Origin: an uncultured Erysipelotrichaceae bacterium
GTDB lineage: Bacteria; Bacillota_I; Bacilli_A; RF39; UBA660
DNA: 32,000 bases
Assembly (NCBI GenBank): GCA_902789425.1
Contig: CADANX010000012.1
Coordinates: 1 to 32,000 of the forward strand
Reading direction: 5' to 3'
The translations under genes were made by a program, and so were the position numbers. Shown here piece by piece: positions 6,330 through 14,907 of the stretch. The notes beneath the pieces were generated by a model that was not told where the DNA came from, searched no databases, and saw only the letters and a list, made by a program, of their open reading frames with translations. Within the stretch, counting starts at the first letter, position 1. Each line of letters opens with the position of its first letter.

Positions 6330-6356
6330 AAGAACTATTTTAGTTCTTTTTTTTGT
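6330..6356. terminator. Bidirectional intrinsic terminator between abi (+) and ORF 6377..6742 (-)
   Basis: 8-bp stem aagaacta/tagttctt (6330-6337/6341-6348), A-run upstream and T-run downstream. Confidence 0.7.
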
Positions 6357-6376
6357 TTTTTTCTAAAAAAAAAGAA

Positions 6377-6742
6377 TTACTTTCCAGCAGCAATTCTTAA
6401 AGCTTTTTTAAAGCCATCTTCTTCTTTTTTATCTTCTTGTTTTAATTTTAATTCAGAATTAATAATATTTAAATACCATATTAAGTCTATTTTAGATAAT
6501 TCTTTTCCTTCAAGTTCAGGAAATACATCAGTAAAACTTTTAGTATTAACAACATGATATTTATTTAATTTATTTTCTTTATCAAAAAAAACTATTTCTG
6601 ATAATACTTCTTTATAATTATTATTAAATTCAAATATATATTGATGTTCAGTTACTTCAAAAACAACACCAATACTATTTTTGTCTTCATTTTTTTGTAA
6701 GTTTCCAATTACTAAATTATTTACTTTATATTCTTTTTTCAT
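6377..6742 (-). CDS. Hypothetical protein (121 aa)
   Basis: Start moved to the internal ATG (6742-6740, MKKEYKV...), which has a GGAGGG RBS. No recognisable motif. Confidence 0.55.
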   Translation of the reverse strand: MKKEYKVNNLVIGNLQKNEDKNSIGVVFEVTEHQYIFEFNNNYKEVLSEIVFFDKENKLNKYHVVNTKSFTDVFPELEGKELSKIDLIWYLNIINSELKLKQEDKKEEDGFKKALRIAAGK

Positions 6743-6839
6743 AAAAAACCCTCCAAAGTGGTAATTATTATAACATACTTTTATAAAATGTGTTAACATT
6801 TTTTATTTATTGTATTAAAATGAAAAAGGAGGGTTTGAA

Positions 6840-7763
6840 ATGAAGATAAAAAAATTAATATTTACAACTGGTTTTATAAGTACTTCATTTCTAACTGTTT
6901 TTTTATCGAATAAATTAAAATTTGAAAAAAATGTACTTAATCATTCAACCTATAATAAAGTACATGATGGTATTATAATTGCACATAGAGGATTTTCATC
7001 AATATATGTAGAGAATTCCGCAAAAGCAGTAAAAAAGGGATTTGAATTACCTTGCTGTGATGGTGTGGAAGTAGATGTTAGACTTACAAAGGATGGTAAA
7101 GTTGTTTTATCACATGATCCTTATGTTAATGGAATAGGTTTAATAAATGATTGTAAATATAAAGATATAAAAAATGATAAATATTCTTCTGAAAAAAAAA
7201 TGATATCTATTAAGAGTTATTTAATGAAGAAAGATGGAAACTTACTTGTAAATAGAACTAATACAGTGCAGTCATCTGAAGAAAAAATATCGCTATTAAC
7301 AAAAGTGGTAGATGATAATAATTGTAATAAAATATTAATTGTTGATATCAAATTTGATGATGATGAAGAAGTACTAATGGATAAAATTAATAATATTTTT
7401 GAAGATTATAATGAATGTTTAAATATAATTTTTCAATCTGATAATTATAAAGAATTATCTTTGATGAAAGAGAAGTTCCCCAATTATGATTATCAGCTAA
7501 TTATAAAAAAAAATAAAGATCTTAAATACTTAGATAGTGAATTTAATTATTTTTGTATAAGAAAAAATTTAATAACTAAAGATTTAGTAGATGATGCTAA
7601 AAAGAATAATAATAGAATTTGTGTTTGGACAATTAATTCTTATGATGATTATAAAAGTTTAAAAAAGAAATTAGATGATAGAATTAATGATGTTTATATA
7701 ATATCTGATTATCCTGATGAAATATGCTATTTAAATAATAAAACACTTAGATTAAAAAAGTAA
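6840..7763 (+). CDS. Membrane-anchored glycerophosphodiester phosphodiesterase (GDPD) family protein
   Basis: IIAHRGFSS...ENSAKAVKKG...DGVEVDVRLTKDGKVVLSHD matches the GDPD HRG...E.D.....DG..V..HD signature. N-terminal TM helix. RBS aaggaggg. Confidence 0.8.
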   Translation: MKIKKLIFTTGFISTSFLTVFLSNKLKFEKNVLNHSTYNKVHDGIIIAHRGFSSIYVENSAKAVKKGFELPCCDGVEVDVRLTKDGKVVLSHDPYVNGIGLINDCKYKDIKNDKYSSEKKMISIKSYLMKKDGNLLVNRTNTVQSSEEKISLLTKVVDDNNCNKILIVDIKFDDDEEVLMDKINNIFEDYNECLNIIFQSDNYKELSLMKEKFPNYDYQLIIKKNKDLKYLDSEFNYFCIRKNLITKDLVDDAKKNNNRICVWTINSYDDYKSLKKKLDDRINDVYIISDYPDEICYLNNKTLRLKK

Positions 7764-7804
7764 TATAAATATGTTATAATATTATTGTTTTTGGAGGACT
7801 TTTT

Positions 7805-8680
7805 ATGAGTAAAGTTTTTTATGAGAAATATATTGTAGATAATGAAGATACACTTTTAAACTATTTAAGAAAAGTAAATACAAAAAATTCAAAGAATAAT
7901 TATAAAACATATTTATCTAAAGATATGGTTAAAGTTAATAATAATATAATTACAAAGCATGATTTTAATTTAAAAAAAGGTGATGTAATTGAAATAAAGA
8001 ATAATTATATTATTAATAAAAAATATAATGTTAAAATAGAAATAATATATGAAGATGAAGATATGATTGTAATTAATAAACCAAGTGGTCTATTATCTAT
8101 ATCAACAGATAAAGAAAAAAATAAAACTGCGTATAGTATTATTAGAGATTATTTAATAAAGAATAATAAAAATAATAAAATATTTGTGGTTCATAGACTA
8201 GATAAAGATACATCTGGTGTAATAATATATGCTAAAAATTTAAAAACAAAATCTTTACTTCAAAACTTATGGGATAAAAATGTTATTGAAAAAGAATATA
8301 CTGCAATAATTGAAGGGAAAATGGAAGAGGATAAAGGAACAATAAAATCATATTTAATAGAAAATAATGAAGGATTTGTTCATTCTACTAAAAATAGAGC
8401 AATAGGAAGATATGCTCAAACTAATTATGAAGTATTAAAAACTAATAAAAAATACCAAATGTTAAAAGTTAATATTAAAACTGGTAGAAAAAATCAAATA
8501 AGAGTACATTTAAGTGAACTTGGTTATCCAATAGTTGGTGATAAAAAGTATGGTTCTAAAATAGATCCTATTAAAAGATTGTGTCTTCATTCGAGAAAAA
8601 TAGTACTAATTAGTCCAATTAATAAGAGAAAAATGACATTTGAGTGTAAAGTTCCGTTTAATATGAGGTCTATGTTATAA
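7805..8680 (+). CDS. RluA-family pseudouridine synthase with N-terminal S4-like domain (RluD/RluC type)
   Basis: HRLDKDTSGVIIYAKN catalytic Asp motif and GRKNQIRVHL. S4-like N-terminus ...VKVNNNIITKHDFNLKKGDVIEI. Confidence 0.85.
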   Translation: MSKVFYEKYIVDNEDTLLNYLRKVNTKNSKNNYKTYLSKDMVKVNNNIITKHDFNLKKGDVIEIKNNYIINKKYNVKIEIIYEDEDMIVINKPSGLLSISTDKEKNKTAYSIIRDYLIKNNKNNKIFVVHRLDKDTSGVIIYAKNLKTKSLLQNLWDKNVIEKEYTAIIEGKMEEDKGTIKSYLIENNEGFVHSTKNRAIGRYAQTNYEVLKTNKKYQMLKVNIKTGRKNQIRVHLSELGYPIVGDKKYGSKIDPIKRLCLHSRKIVLISPINKRKMTFECKVPFNMRSML

Positions 8681-8706
8681 AAGATATTGTATTATATCTT
8701 TTTTTT
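8681..8706 (+). terminator. Intrinsic terminator after the pseudouridine synthase gene
   Basis: aagatat (8681-8687) / atatctt (8694-8700), then tttttt. An extended -10 tgtaaaat follows. Confidence 0.6.
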
Positions 8707-8737
8707 ATGTAAAATTATTATGATAGGAGTGAACAAT

Positions 8738-10255
8738 ATGGATAAATATAATAATATGACTTTAGAAGAAAAAATAAGCTCTTTAGATCTATTAAAAGAA
8801 GAAGTAAATAAAGCAAGAGATGCTTACGAAAACAGCATGAATGAAGATTTAATAGGTGATAGTGAATTATTTAGTAGATATCAATCTTTAGAAAAAGAAA
8901 AATTTGAATTATCTAATTTAATAAATAAAGAAAGAAAATTTGAGGAAGAATCACCAACTGAAGAACTTGATGAATTAGCTAAAAAAGTAGTTAGACTTAA
9001 GAATATTAAAACTCAATATGATGTTTTAAGAGAGGATATTTCAGCATCTGGAATAGATAATGACTTAGTTAATAAAGAACTTGAACAAGTTGAAAATCAA
9101 ATAGCTGAAATGGAAAATCCAACACCTTTTGTAAAAGAAGAAAAAGAAGATAAAAAAGAAACAAAAGAAGATAAAAAAGTAAATGAAGATGAATCACCAA
9201 CTGATAAATTACCAAAAGTAGACACATATGAAATTAGTGATGTTAATATTATTTTTGATAGTAAAAATGGATACTATAAGGTTCGATATTTAAGAAATGG
9301 TAAATTAACTACAGAGGTTTTAACTGTAGATAAAAAATTATTTAAAGAAGATATAGATAATAAATATTATAAAGAAATAAATTCAAAATATGATGCAGAA
9401 GTATCAAAAAATCTAGATTATCATATAGTTGGATTACTTAAACATTTTGATGAAAAAAATAATACTAATTTAACAACAGATTATATAAATAATACATTAG
9501 ATGCTAAAATAATGTATGACTTTAGATATTTAAGAAAAATTGATAAAAAAGTATTAAGTAATCAAGATAAAAAAGAATTAAAGAGAATTGCTAAAGAACA
9601 AAAAGCTCATAGAAAAGCTAAAATATATAGATTTAATACTAAAAAAGCAGCTGCTATATTATTAGGTACATCACTTGTAGCTGCATCAGTAGGTCTTGCT
9701 AATAAAGATAATAAATCTTCAGGAACACCAACAACTGAAATAACTACTGAAGAAAAATCTGAAGAAACAATTACGGATGATAAAACTACTGAATTACCAA
9801 AGACAGAAGATGCAAAAGCAGAAAATACAGTAGTAGAAGTAAAAGAAGATGTTCCTGTTATTGAAGAAGAGGACGAAAATGAAGTAGAAATAGTTAGCCC
9901 TAACATATATGATAAGATTGAACTTAAAGATGATACAATTATGAAATATGATACATACGGATCTAGTCCAAATGCAATGAGTGATAAATTAAATTGTAGT
10001 TATTATAAAATATCATTAATTGCAATTATGAAAGATGGAGAATTTGTTAAGTATTATATTAATACAACAGGTGATAATATTAATTTAGATACAATCAAAA
10101 AAGAATGTGAAGATTCACTTGGTGGTAATATATCTCTTCAAGTTAACTTGAATGGTTATGATGAAAATGATAATAAGATATATTCTAATATTGGATGGCT
10201 TTTATCAGATGATTTAAAATATGAAAAAAGTGGGGTAAACGTCATAAAAAAGTAA
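8738..10255 (+). CDS. Hypothetical bitopic membrane protein (coiled-coil cytoplasmic part, one TM, acidic/Thr-rich linker, extracellular domain)
   Basis: Start chosen at the ATG at 8738 behind RBS aggagtga. TM segment AAAILLGTSLVAASVGLA. No family recognised. Confidence 0.6.
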   Translation: MDKYNNMTLEEKISSLDLLKEEVNKARDAYENSMNEDLIGDSELFSRYQSLEKEKFELSNLINKERKFEEESPTEELDELAKKVVRLKNIKTQYDVLREDISASGIDNDLVNKELEQVENQIAEMENPTPFVKEEKEDKKETKEDKKVNEDESPTDKLPKVDTYEISDVNIIFDSKNGYYKVRYLRNGKLTTEVLTVDKKLFKEDIDNKYYKEINSKYDAEVSKNLDYHIVGLLKHFDEKNNTNLTTDYINNTLDAKIMYDFRYLRKIDKKVLSNQDKKELKRIAKEQKAHRKAKIYRFNTKKAAAILLGTSLVAASVGLANKDNKSSGTPTTEITTEEKSEETITDDKTTELPKTEDAKAENTVVEVKEDVPVIEEEDENEVEIVSPNIYDKIELKDDTIMKYDTYGSSPNAMSDKLNCSYYKISLIAIMKDGEFVKYYINTTGDNINLDTIKKECEDSLGGNISLQVNLNGYDENDNKIYSNIGWLLSDDLKYEKSGVNVIKK

Positions 10256-10259
10256 TTAT

Positions 10260-10294
10260 GAGCTCAAAAAACTAGTTTTTTTGGGCTCTTTTTA
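10260..10294 (+). terminator. Intrinsic terminator
   Basis: gagctcaaaaaac / tttttttgggctc stem followed by ttttt. Confidence 0.6.
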
Positions 10295-10318
10295 TTATAA
10301 TTGTATTAGGAGGGTATT

Positions 10319-10834
10319 ATGAGTTATCCAAGAGATTATGTAGTGTTTGATTTAGAAACAACAGGGCTTAGTCCGAAAAATAGTAAAATAATAGAAATTG
10401 GTGCTTTAAAATATAAAAATTTTGAACTTGTGGATGAATTTAGTTATTTAATAAATCCAGAAGAACCAATTCCTGATTTTATTACTTCTTTAACTGGTAT
10501 TACAGATAATATGGTTAAAGATAAAGAAAAAATAGATACTGTATTACCAAAATTTTTAGATTTTATTGATGGATTGCCTGTAATTGGTCATAATATTAAT
10601 TTTGATATATCTTTTATAAAATATTATGCTAAATTATTAAATCTAAATATGAATCATACTGGTGTATTTGATACATTAATTTTATCAAGAAAAGTATTTA
10701 AAGAAACTCCTAATCATAAATTACAAACTTTAAAAGAATATATGAATTTAGAATATGATTCACATAGAGCAACTGATGATTGTTTTACTTGTAATTCAAT
10801 ATATGTAATTTGTGCTAAAAAATTAGAGGAATAA
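10319..10834 (+). CDS. DEDDh 3'-5' exonuclease (DnaQ/PolC-exonuclease-like)
   Basis: ExoI VVFDLETTGL, ExoII GHNINFDISF, ExoIII HRATDDC. RBS aggaggg. Confidence 0.8.
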   Translation: MSYPRDYVVFDLETTGLSPKNSKIIEIGALKYKNFELVDEFSYLINPEEPIPDFITSLTGITDNMVKDKEKIDTVLPKFLDFIDGLPVIGHNINFDISFIKYYAKLLNLNMNHTGVFDTLILSRKVFKETPNHKLQTLKEYMNLEYDSHRATDDCFTCNSIYVICAKKLEE

Positions 10835-10890
10835 TTATTTACAAAAGATATTTTTTATAATAAAATAACTATCAGTTTTGGGTGTTAATT

Positions 10891-11298
10891 ATGGATAAAA
10901 AAGAAATTATAAAACTTCTTAGATATGAATCAAATTGTTTAAAAGATATTGAAAGAAATACTAATGAAGAAGCAGAAGAAAAAATAGAGGCAAATGATAT
11001 AAAAAAAAGATTTTATATAAATGCAATTTTGGTTTATTTATTTGCAGGTATATCTATAAAACTTTTATATGATGAGCAATATACACTTGCATTAATTGAA
11101 TCATTAATACTTATCAATTCATTTGGTAGATTATCTGATTCTTATATTGAATATAAGAATTTTATAATGAAAGAAAATCATAAAGATTTAAATAGTTATG
11201 ATAATAGTACTAAGATTAATAATATTGAAATGGCTATAGATTTTCTTAGAGACTTAACAATAGAGGAAGAAAGTAAATATTTAAAGTTAAATATTTAA
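10891..11298 (+). CDS. Hypothetical small membrane protein, paralogue A
   Basis: Start at the ATG at 10891 (the track uses an upstream GTG). Coiled-coil N-terminus, two hydrophobic segments, C-terminus IEMAIDFLRDLTIEEESKYLKLNI. Similar to the next ORF. Confidence 0.55.
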   Translation: MDKKEIIKLLRYESNCLKDIERNTNEEAEEKIEANDIKKRFYINAILVYLFAGISIKLLYDEQYTLALIESLILINSFGRLSDSYIEYKNFIMKENHKDLNSYDNSTKINNIEMAIDFLRDLTIEEESKYLKLNI

Positions 11299-11309
11299 CA
11301 GGTGGTTTT

Positions 11310-11816
11310 ATGGAAAAAGAAATTATAAATGTATTAAACGATAGAATAGAATTATTAAATGAACAAAAGAAAAATCTTTTATACTTACAAAATGATATAG
11401 AAAAGAATTTTAATAATGAAAAAGAAGATTTATCAGATGATATTATTGATGCATATAATATATCTTTAAAACATTATTATACTAGATGGATTTCTTTAAT
11501 TGCATCTGTTTCAACAACAGGTTTATATGCACTTAGTAAAAATGATTTACTGTTATATGCTAGTTTCTTTTCAATTACATTTACTATTTTAAATGAATAC
11601 TTTTTACGAAAAGAAAGTTCTAGATTAAAAGAAGATACTTATTTAATAATATATAGAACATTCATTGAACAAATGGATAAAGATTTTTCAAAAGTAAAAG
11701 ATAATGAATTAAATAAAATAAAAAAAGAAATGGATAAAATTAATACAGCAATTGAATTTATGAATAATTTGACAGAAGAAGAAAAAACAAAGTATTTAAC
11801 ATATAAAATGAATTAG
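11310..11816 (+). CDS. Hypothetical small membrane protein, paralogue B
   Basis: Same architecture as the previous ORF, with C-terminus INTAIEFMNNLTEEEKTKYLTYKMN. RBS aggtgg. Confidence 0.55.
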   Translation: MEKEIINVLNDRIELLNEQKKNLLYLQNDIEKNFNNEKEDLSDDIIDAYNISLKHYYTRWISLIASVSTTGLYALSKNDLLLYASFFSITFTILNEYFLRKESSRLKEDTYLIIYRTFIEQMDKDFSKVKDNELNKIKKEMDKINTAIEFMNNLTEEEKTKYLTYKMN

Positions 11817-11878
11817 TGAATATTTCACTAGTTTTTTATTCTTTATTATTATATAATATTTTTAGGAAGTGATTACTT

Positions 11879-12745
11879 ATGATTATTGCAAATAACTGGA
11901 AAAGTTATAAAATTATTGATATGTCTAATGGTGAAAAACTTGAAGATTGGGAAGGCATTACATTAAGAAGACCAGATCCTCAAATTATATGGGAAAAAGA
12001 TACTGTTAATAAATGGAATAAACCAGATGCCATTTATCATAGAAGTAATTCTGGTGGTGGACAATGGGAAGTATTAAATAAAATTCCAGATAGATGGAAT
12101 GTTAGATATAAAGACCTTGTATTTAATGTTAAATTAATGGGATTTAAGCATACTGGTATTTTTCCAGAACAAGCAGTTAACTGGGATTATATGATTGATA
12201 AAATAAAAAAATCAAAAAGAAAAATTAAAGTTTTAAATCTTTTTGCATATACTGGTTGTGCAACAGTTGCTTGTGCTTATGCTGGTGCTGATGTAGTACA
12301 TGTTGATTCATCAAAAGGAATAGTACAATGGGCCAAAGAAAATATAATTAGTTCCAATCTTGAAGATAGATATGTAAGATTTATTGTTGATGATGTTATA
12401 AAATTTGTTGAAAGAGAAATCAGAAGAGGAAATAAATACGATGCTATAATTATGGATCCACCTTCATTTGGAAGAGGAAAAAATGGAGAAGTATGGAATA
12501 TAGATGATAGTTTATTTAAACTTGTTAAATTATGTGAAAAAGTACTTAGTGATGATCCATTATTCTTTATTATTAATTCATATACTACTGGTATGAGTAA
12601 AACTGTTTTAGAAAATATATTAAATTTAACAATAAATAAAAAATATAAAGGAAAAATATCTTCTGAAGAAATAGGTCTTCCAATGGTAAATAGTGATTTG
12701 ATTTTACCTTGTGGAATCTATGGAAGATGGGAAAAAGATGAATAA
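11879..12745 (+). CDS. Class I SAM-dependent methyltransferase (RlmI/YwbD-like catalytic domain, no PUA)
   Basis: VLNLFAYTGCATVACAYAGA (motif I-like) and IIMDPPSFGRGK (DPPxF motif IV). Confidence 0.75.
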   Translation: MIIANNWKSYKIIDMSNGEKLEDWEGITLRRPDPQIIWEKDTVNKWNKPDAIYHRSNSGGGQWEVLNKIPDRWNVRYKDLVFNVKLMGFKHTGIFPEQAVNWDYMIDKIKKSKRKIKVLNLFAYTGCATVACAYAGADVVHVDSSKGIVQWAKENIISSNLEDRYVRFIVDDVIKFVEREIRRGNKYDAIIMDPPSFGRGKNGEVWNIDDSLFKLVKLCEKVLSDDPLFFIINSYTTGMSKTVLENILNLTINKKYKGKISSEEIGLPMVNSDLILPCGIYGRWEKDE

Positions 12746-13382
12746 TTTAAATGTACTTTATGAAGATAATCATATTATTGTAGTTATAAAAAAAGAAAAT
12801 ATTCCCGTACAAGAAGATTCTAGTAAGGATAAAGATTTAATAACAATAATAAAAGAATATCTAAAAGAAAAATATAATAAACCAGGGAATGTATATTTAG
12901 GACTTGTTCATAGACTTGATAGACCAGTAGGTGGAATAATGGTTTTTGCAAAAACAAGTAAAGCTGCATCTAGACTTAGTGATGAAATTAGAAATAATAA
13001 AGTTCATAAAAAATATATGGCAATAGTACATGGTAAAATAGATGAAGAAGGTAAACTTGTTAATAAAATAAGTAAAGATAGTAAGACAAATAATACTTAT
13101 TTAGATGAAAATGGAAAAGAAGCAATTTTATACTATAAAAGAATAAAATATAATAAAGAAAAAGATTTAAGTTTGGTAGATATTAATTTAATTACAGGAA
13201 GACATCATCAAATAAGATTTCAATTAAGTAATTATGGTTATCCAATTTATGGTGATCAAAGATATGGAAGACAAGATAAAAAACAAATTAGATTATTTGC
13301 ATATGAACTATCATTTATTCATCCTGTAACTAAAGAAGAAATGACTTTTAATACATTACCAAAATTTATGGAGGAAATATGA
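12738..13382 (+). CDS. RluA-family pseudouridine synthase (no S4 domain)
   Basis: VHRLDRPVGGIMVFAKT and GRHHQIRFQL. Start taken at the ATG at 12738, overlapping the methyltransferase stop. Confidence 0.85.
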   Translation: MNNLNVLYEDNHIIVVIKKENIPVQEDSSKDKDLITIIKEYLKEKYNKPGNVYLGLVHRLDRPVGGIMVFAKTSKAASRLSDEIRNNKVHKKYMAIVHGKIDEEGKLVNKISKDSKTNNTYLDENGKEAILYYKRIKYNKEKDLSLVDINLITGRHHQIRFQLSNYGYPIYGDQRYGRQDKKQIRLFAYELSFIHPVTKEEMTFNTLPKFMEEI

Positions 13383-13879
13383 AAAATTTATATATAGATT
13401 TTGATGGAGTTATTTTAGATACTATTACTCCTGTATATAATTTAGCTAAAAAACTAAATATAGATGTAAAAACTCAAACAAAAGAAGTAGGTTTATTATA
13501 TTCAAAAATAGATTGGGAAACTTTGATTGAAGAAAGTCCTGCTTTAAATGATAGTCTAGATGCTATTGAAAAATTAAGACAATCTAAAAAATTTAATATA
13601 TCAATATTAACTCATATTAATTCTTTAAAAGAAGCTAAATCAAAAATAGAATTCTTAAATAGTATATTTGATGATTTAACAATTATACCTGTTCCAAAGA
13701 GTTGTTCTAAAACTATGATGACTCAAACAAAAGGTGCTATTTTAGTTGATGATTATTCTGGTAATTTAAAAGAATGGGAAGAAAAAGAAGGTATTGGAGT
13801 TAAATTTACAAAAGATAAAGAAGATAATTGTAAATATATAAATATTACTTCTCTTGAGGAACTTATTAATTTGTTTTAA
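13379..13879 (+). CDS. HAD-superfamily hydrolase (5'(3')-nucleotidase-like)
   Basis: N-terminal LYIDFDGVILDT (DxDx[TV] motif I) and a later VDD motif. ATGA overlap with the upstream gene. Confidence 0.55.
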   Translation: MKNLYIDFDGVILDTITPVYNLAKKLNIDVKTQTKEVGLLYSKIDWETLIEESPALNDSLDAIEKLRQSKKFNISILTHINSLKEAKSKIEFLNSIFDDLTIIPVPKSCSKTMMTQTKGAILVDDYSGNLKEWEEKEGIGVKFTKDKEDNCKYINITSLEELINLF

Positions 13880-13921
13880 AAGCATATTTTAATATATGTT
13901 TTTTTATGTATGGAGATTAAA

Positions 13922-14479
13922 ATGAATTTAAAAAAAATAGTTGTAGGATTTTTAGATGAAAATTGTTATATATTAACCAAAGATAATGATGCGGTAGTGA
14001 TTGATCCAGGTGATGAATTTGAAAAGATAGATAAGGAATTAAAAGGATTTAATTTGCGTGCTATTCTTTTAACTCATGCTCATTTTGATCATATTGGTGC
14101 TTTAGATGAACTAATAGATAAATATAAAACTGATTTATATTACTATAATGTTAATAATGAAATTGAATATGAAAAAATAATTAATATAGAAGAAAAAGAA
14201 TATAAAATAAATGATTTTACATTTGAAGTAATATATACTCCTGGTCATAGAAATGATCATAATTGCTTTTATTTTAAAAATGAAAATATAATGTTTACTG
14301 GTGATTTTTTATTTAAAAATACAATTGGTAGAACTGATTTAGAATATGGTAATTATAAAGATATGCTTTTATCACTTAAAAAAATAAAAGAATATGACGA
14401 TGATATCAAAATATATCCAGGACATGGTGAAGATTCTATTTTAGGTATAGAAAAAATGAATAATGATTATTTAATTTAA
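13922..14479 (+). CDS. MBL-fold metallo-hydrolase (glyoxalase II-like)
   Basis: LLTHAHFDHIGA (HxHxDH), TPGH, and GD...GR.D. Start at the ATG at 13922 behind GGAG. Confidence 0.8.
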   Translation: MNLKKIVVGFLDENCYILTKDNDAVVIDPGDEFEKIDKELKGFNLRAILLTHAHFDHIGALDELIDKYKTDLYYYNVNNEIEYEKIINIEEKEYKINDFTFEVIYTPGHRNDHNCFYFKNENIMFTGDFLFKNTIGRTDLEYGNYKDMLLSLKKIKEYDDDIKIYPGHGEDSILGIEKMNNDYLI

Positions 14480-14535
14480 TTGTTCTATTAAATAAATTTT
14501 CCTCATATTATTTATTAGAAAGTGAGGAAATAATT

Positions 14536-14796
14536 ATGGAAACAATTAAAGTTTCATCAAAATCAAATCCAAATTCAGTAGCTGGTGCAATAGCTAATAT
14601 TTTTAAAGAAAAACAAGTAATTGAAATGCAAGCAATAGGTGCTGGTGCACTTAATCAAGCTATTAAATCAGTAGCAATAGCAAGAGGTTTTGTAGCTCCT
14701 AGTGGAAAGAATTTAGTATGCATTCCAGCATTTACTGACATAGTGATTGATGATGAAGAAAGAACAGCTATAAAACTAATAGTTCAATCTATGTAA
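14536..14796 (+). CDS. spoVS: Stage V sporulation protein S family protein
   Basis: 86 aa. IKVSSKSNPNSVAGAIA...MQAIGAGALNQAIKSVAIARGF...IPAFTDIVIDDEERTAIKL is the near-universal SpoVS sequence. Confidence 0.9.
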   Translation: METIKVSSKSNPNSVAGAIANIFKEKQVIEMQAIGAGALNQAIKSVAIARGFVAPSGKNLVCIPAFTDIVIDDEERTAIKLIVQSM

Positions 14797-14833
14797 AAGC
14801 TACTAAAATTTGGTAGTTTTTTTACTTGTTTCA

Positions 14834-14862
14834 TTGACTTTAGATAGTATATAGAGTAAAAT
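14834..14862 (+). promoter_or_regulatory. Promoter TTGACT - 17 nt - TAAAAT upstream of the large surface protein gene
   Basis: Read directly: -35 at 14834-14839 and -10 at 14857-14862. Confidence 0.5.
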
Positions 14863-14907
14863 GTTATATATAGAATAGGGTAGTAGGTAATTAATAAAGA
14901 GGTAATA

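Larger units (their letters stand above)
1..6360. mobile_element. Putative integrated mobilisable element or accessory island (left end outside window) carrying relaxase, DGR and Abi cargo
   Basis: Contains a Mob_Pre relaxase, a DGR cassette and an Abi_2 gene. Core housekeeping genes begin after ~6.8 kb. No integrase or att repeat is visible in the window, so the boundaries are inferred only. Confidence 0.4.

Noticed and set aside
8687-8737. Long N-terminal extensions given by the ORF track for several genes: 8687, 10882, 12711, 13910, 18941, 26640, 27080, 27691, 30247, plus the minus-strand 6799 and 30196
   Set aside because: In each case an internal ATG with a properly spaced GGAGG-like RBS fits better. 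Some extensions begin at GTG/TTG or run through terminator or promoter sequence.
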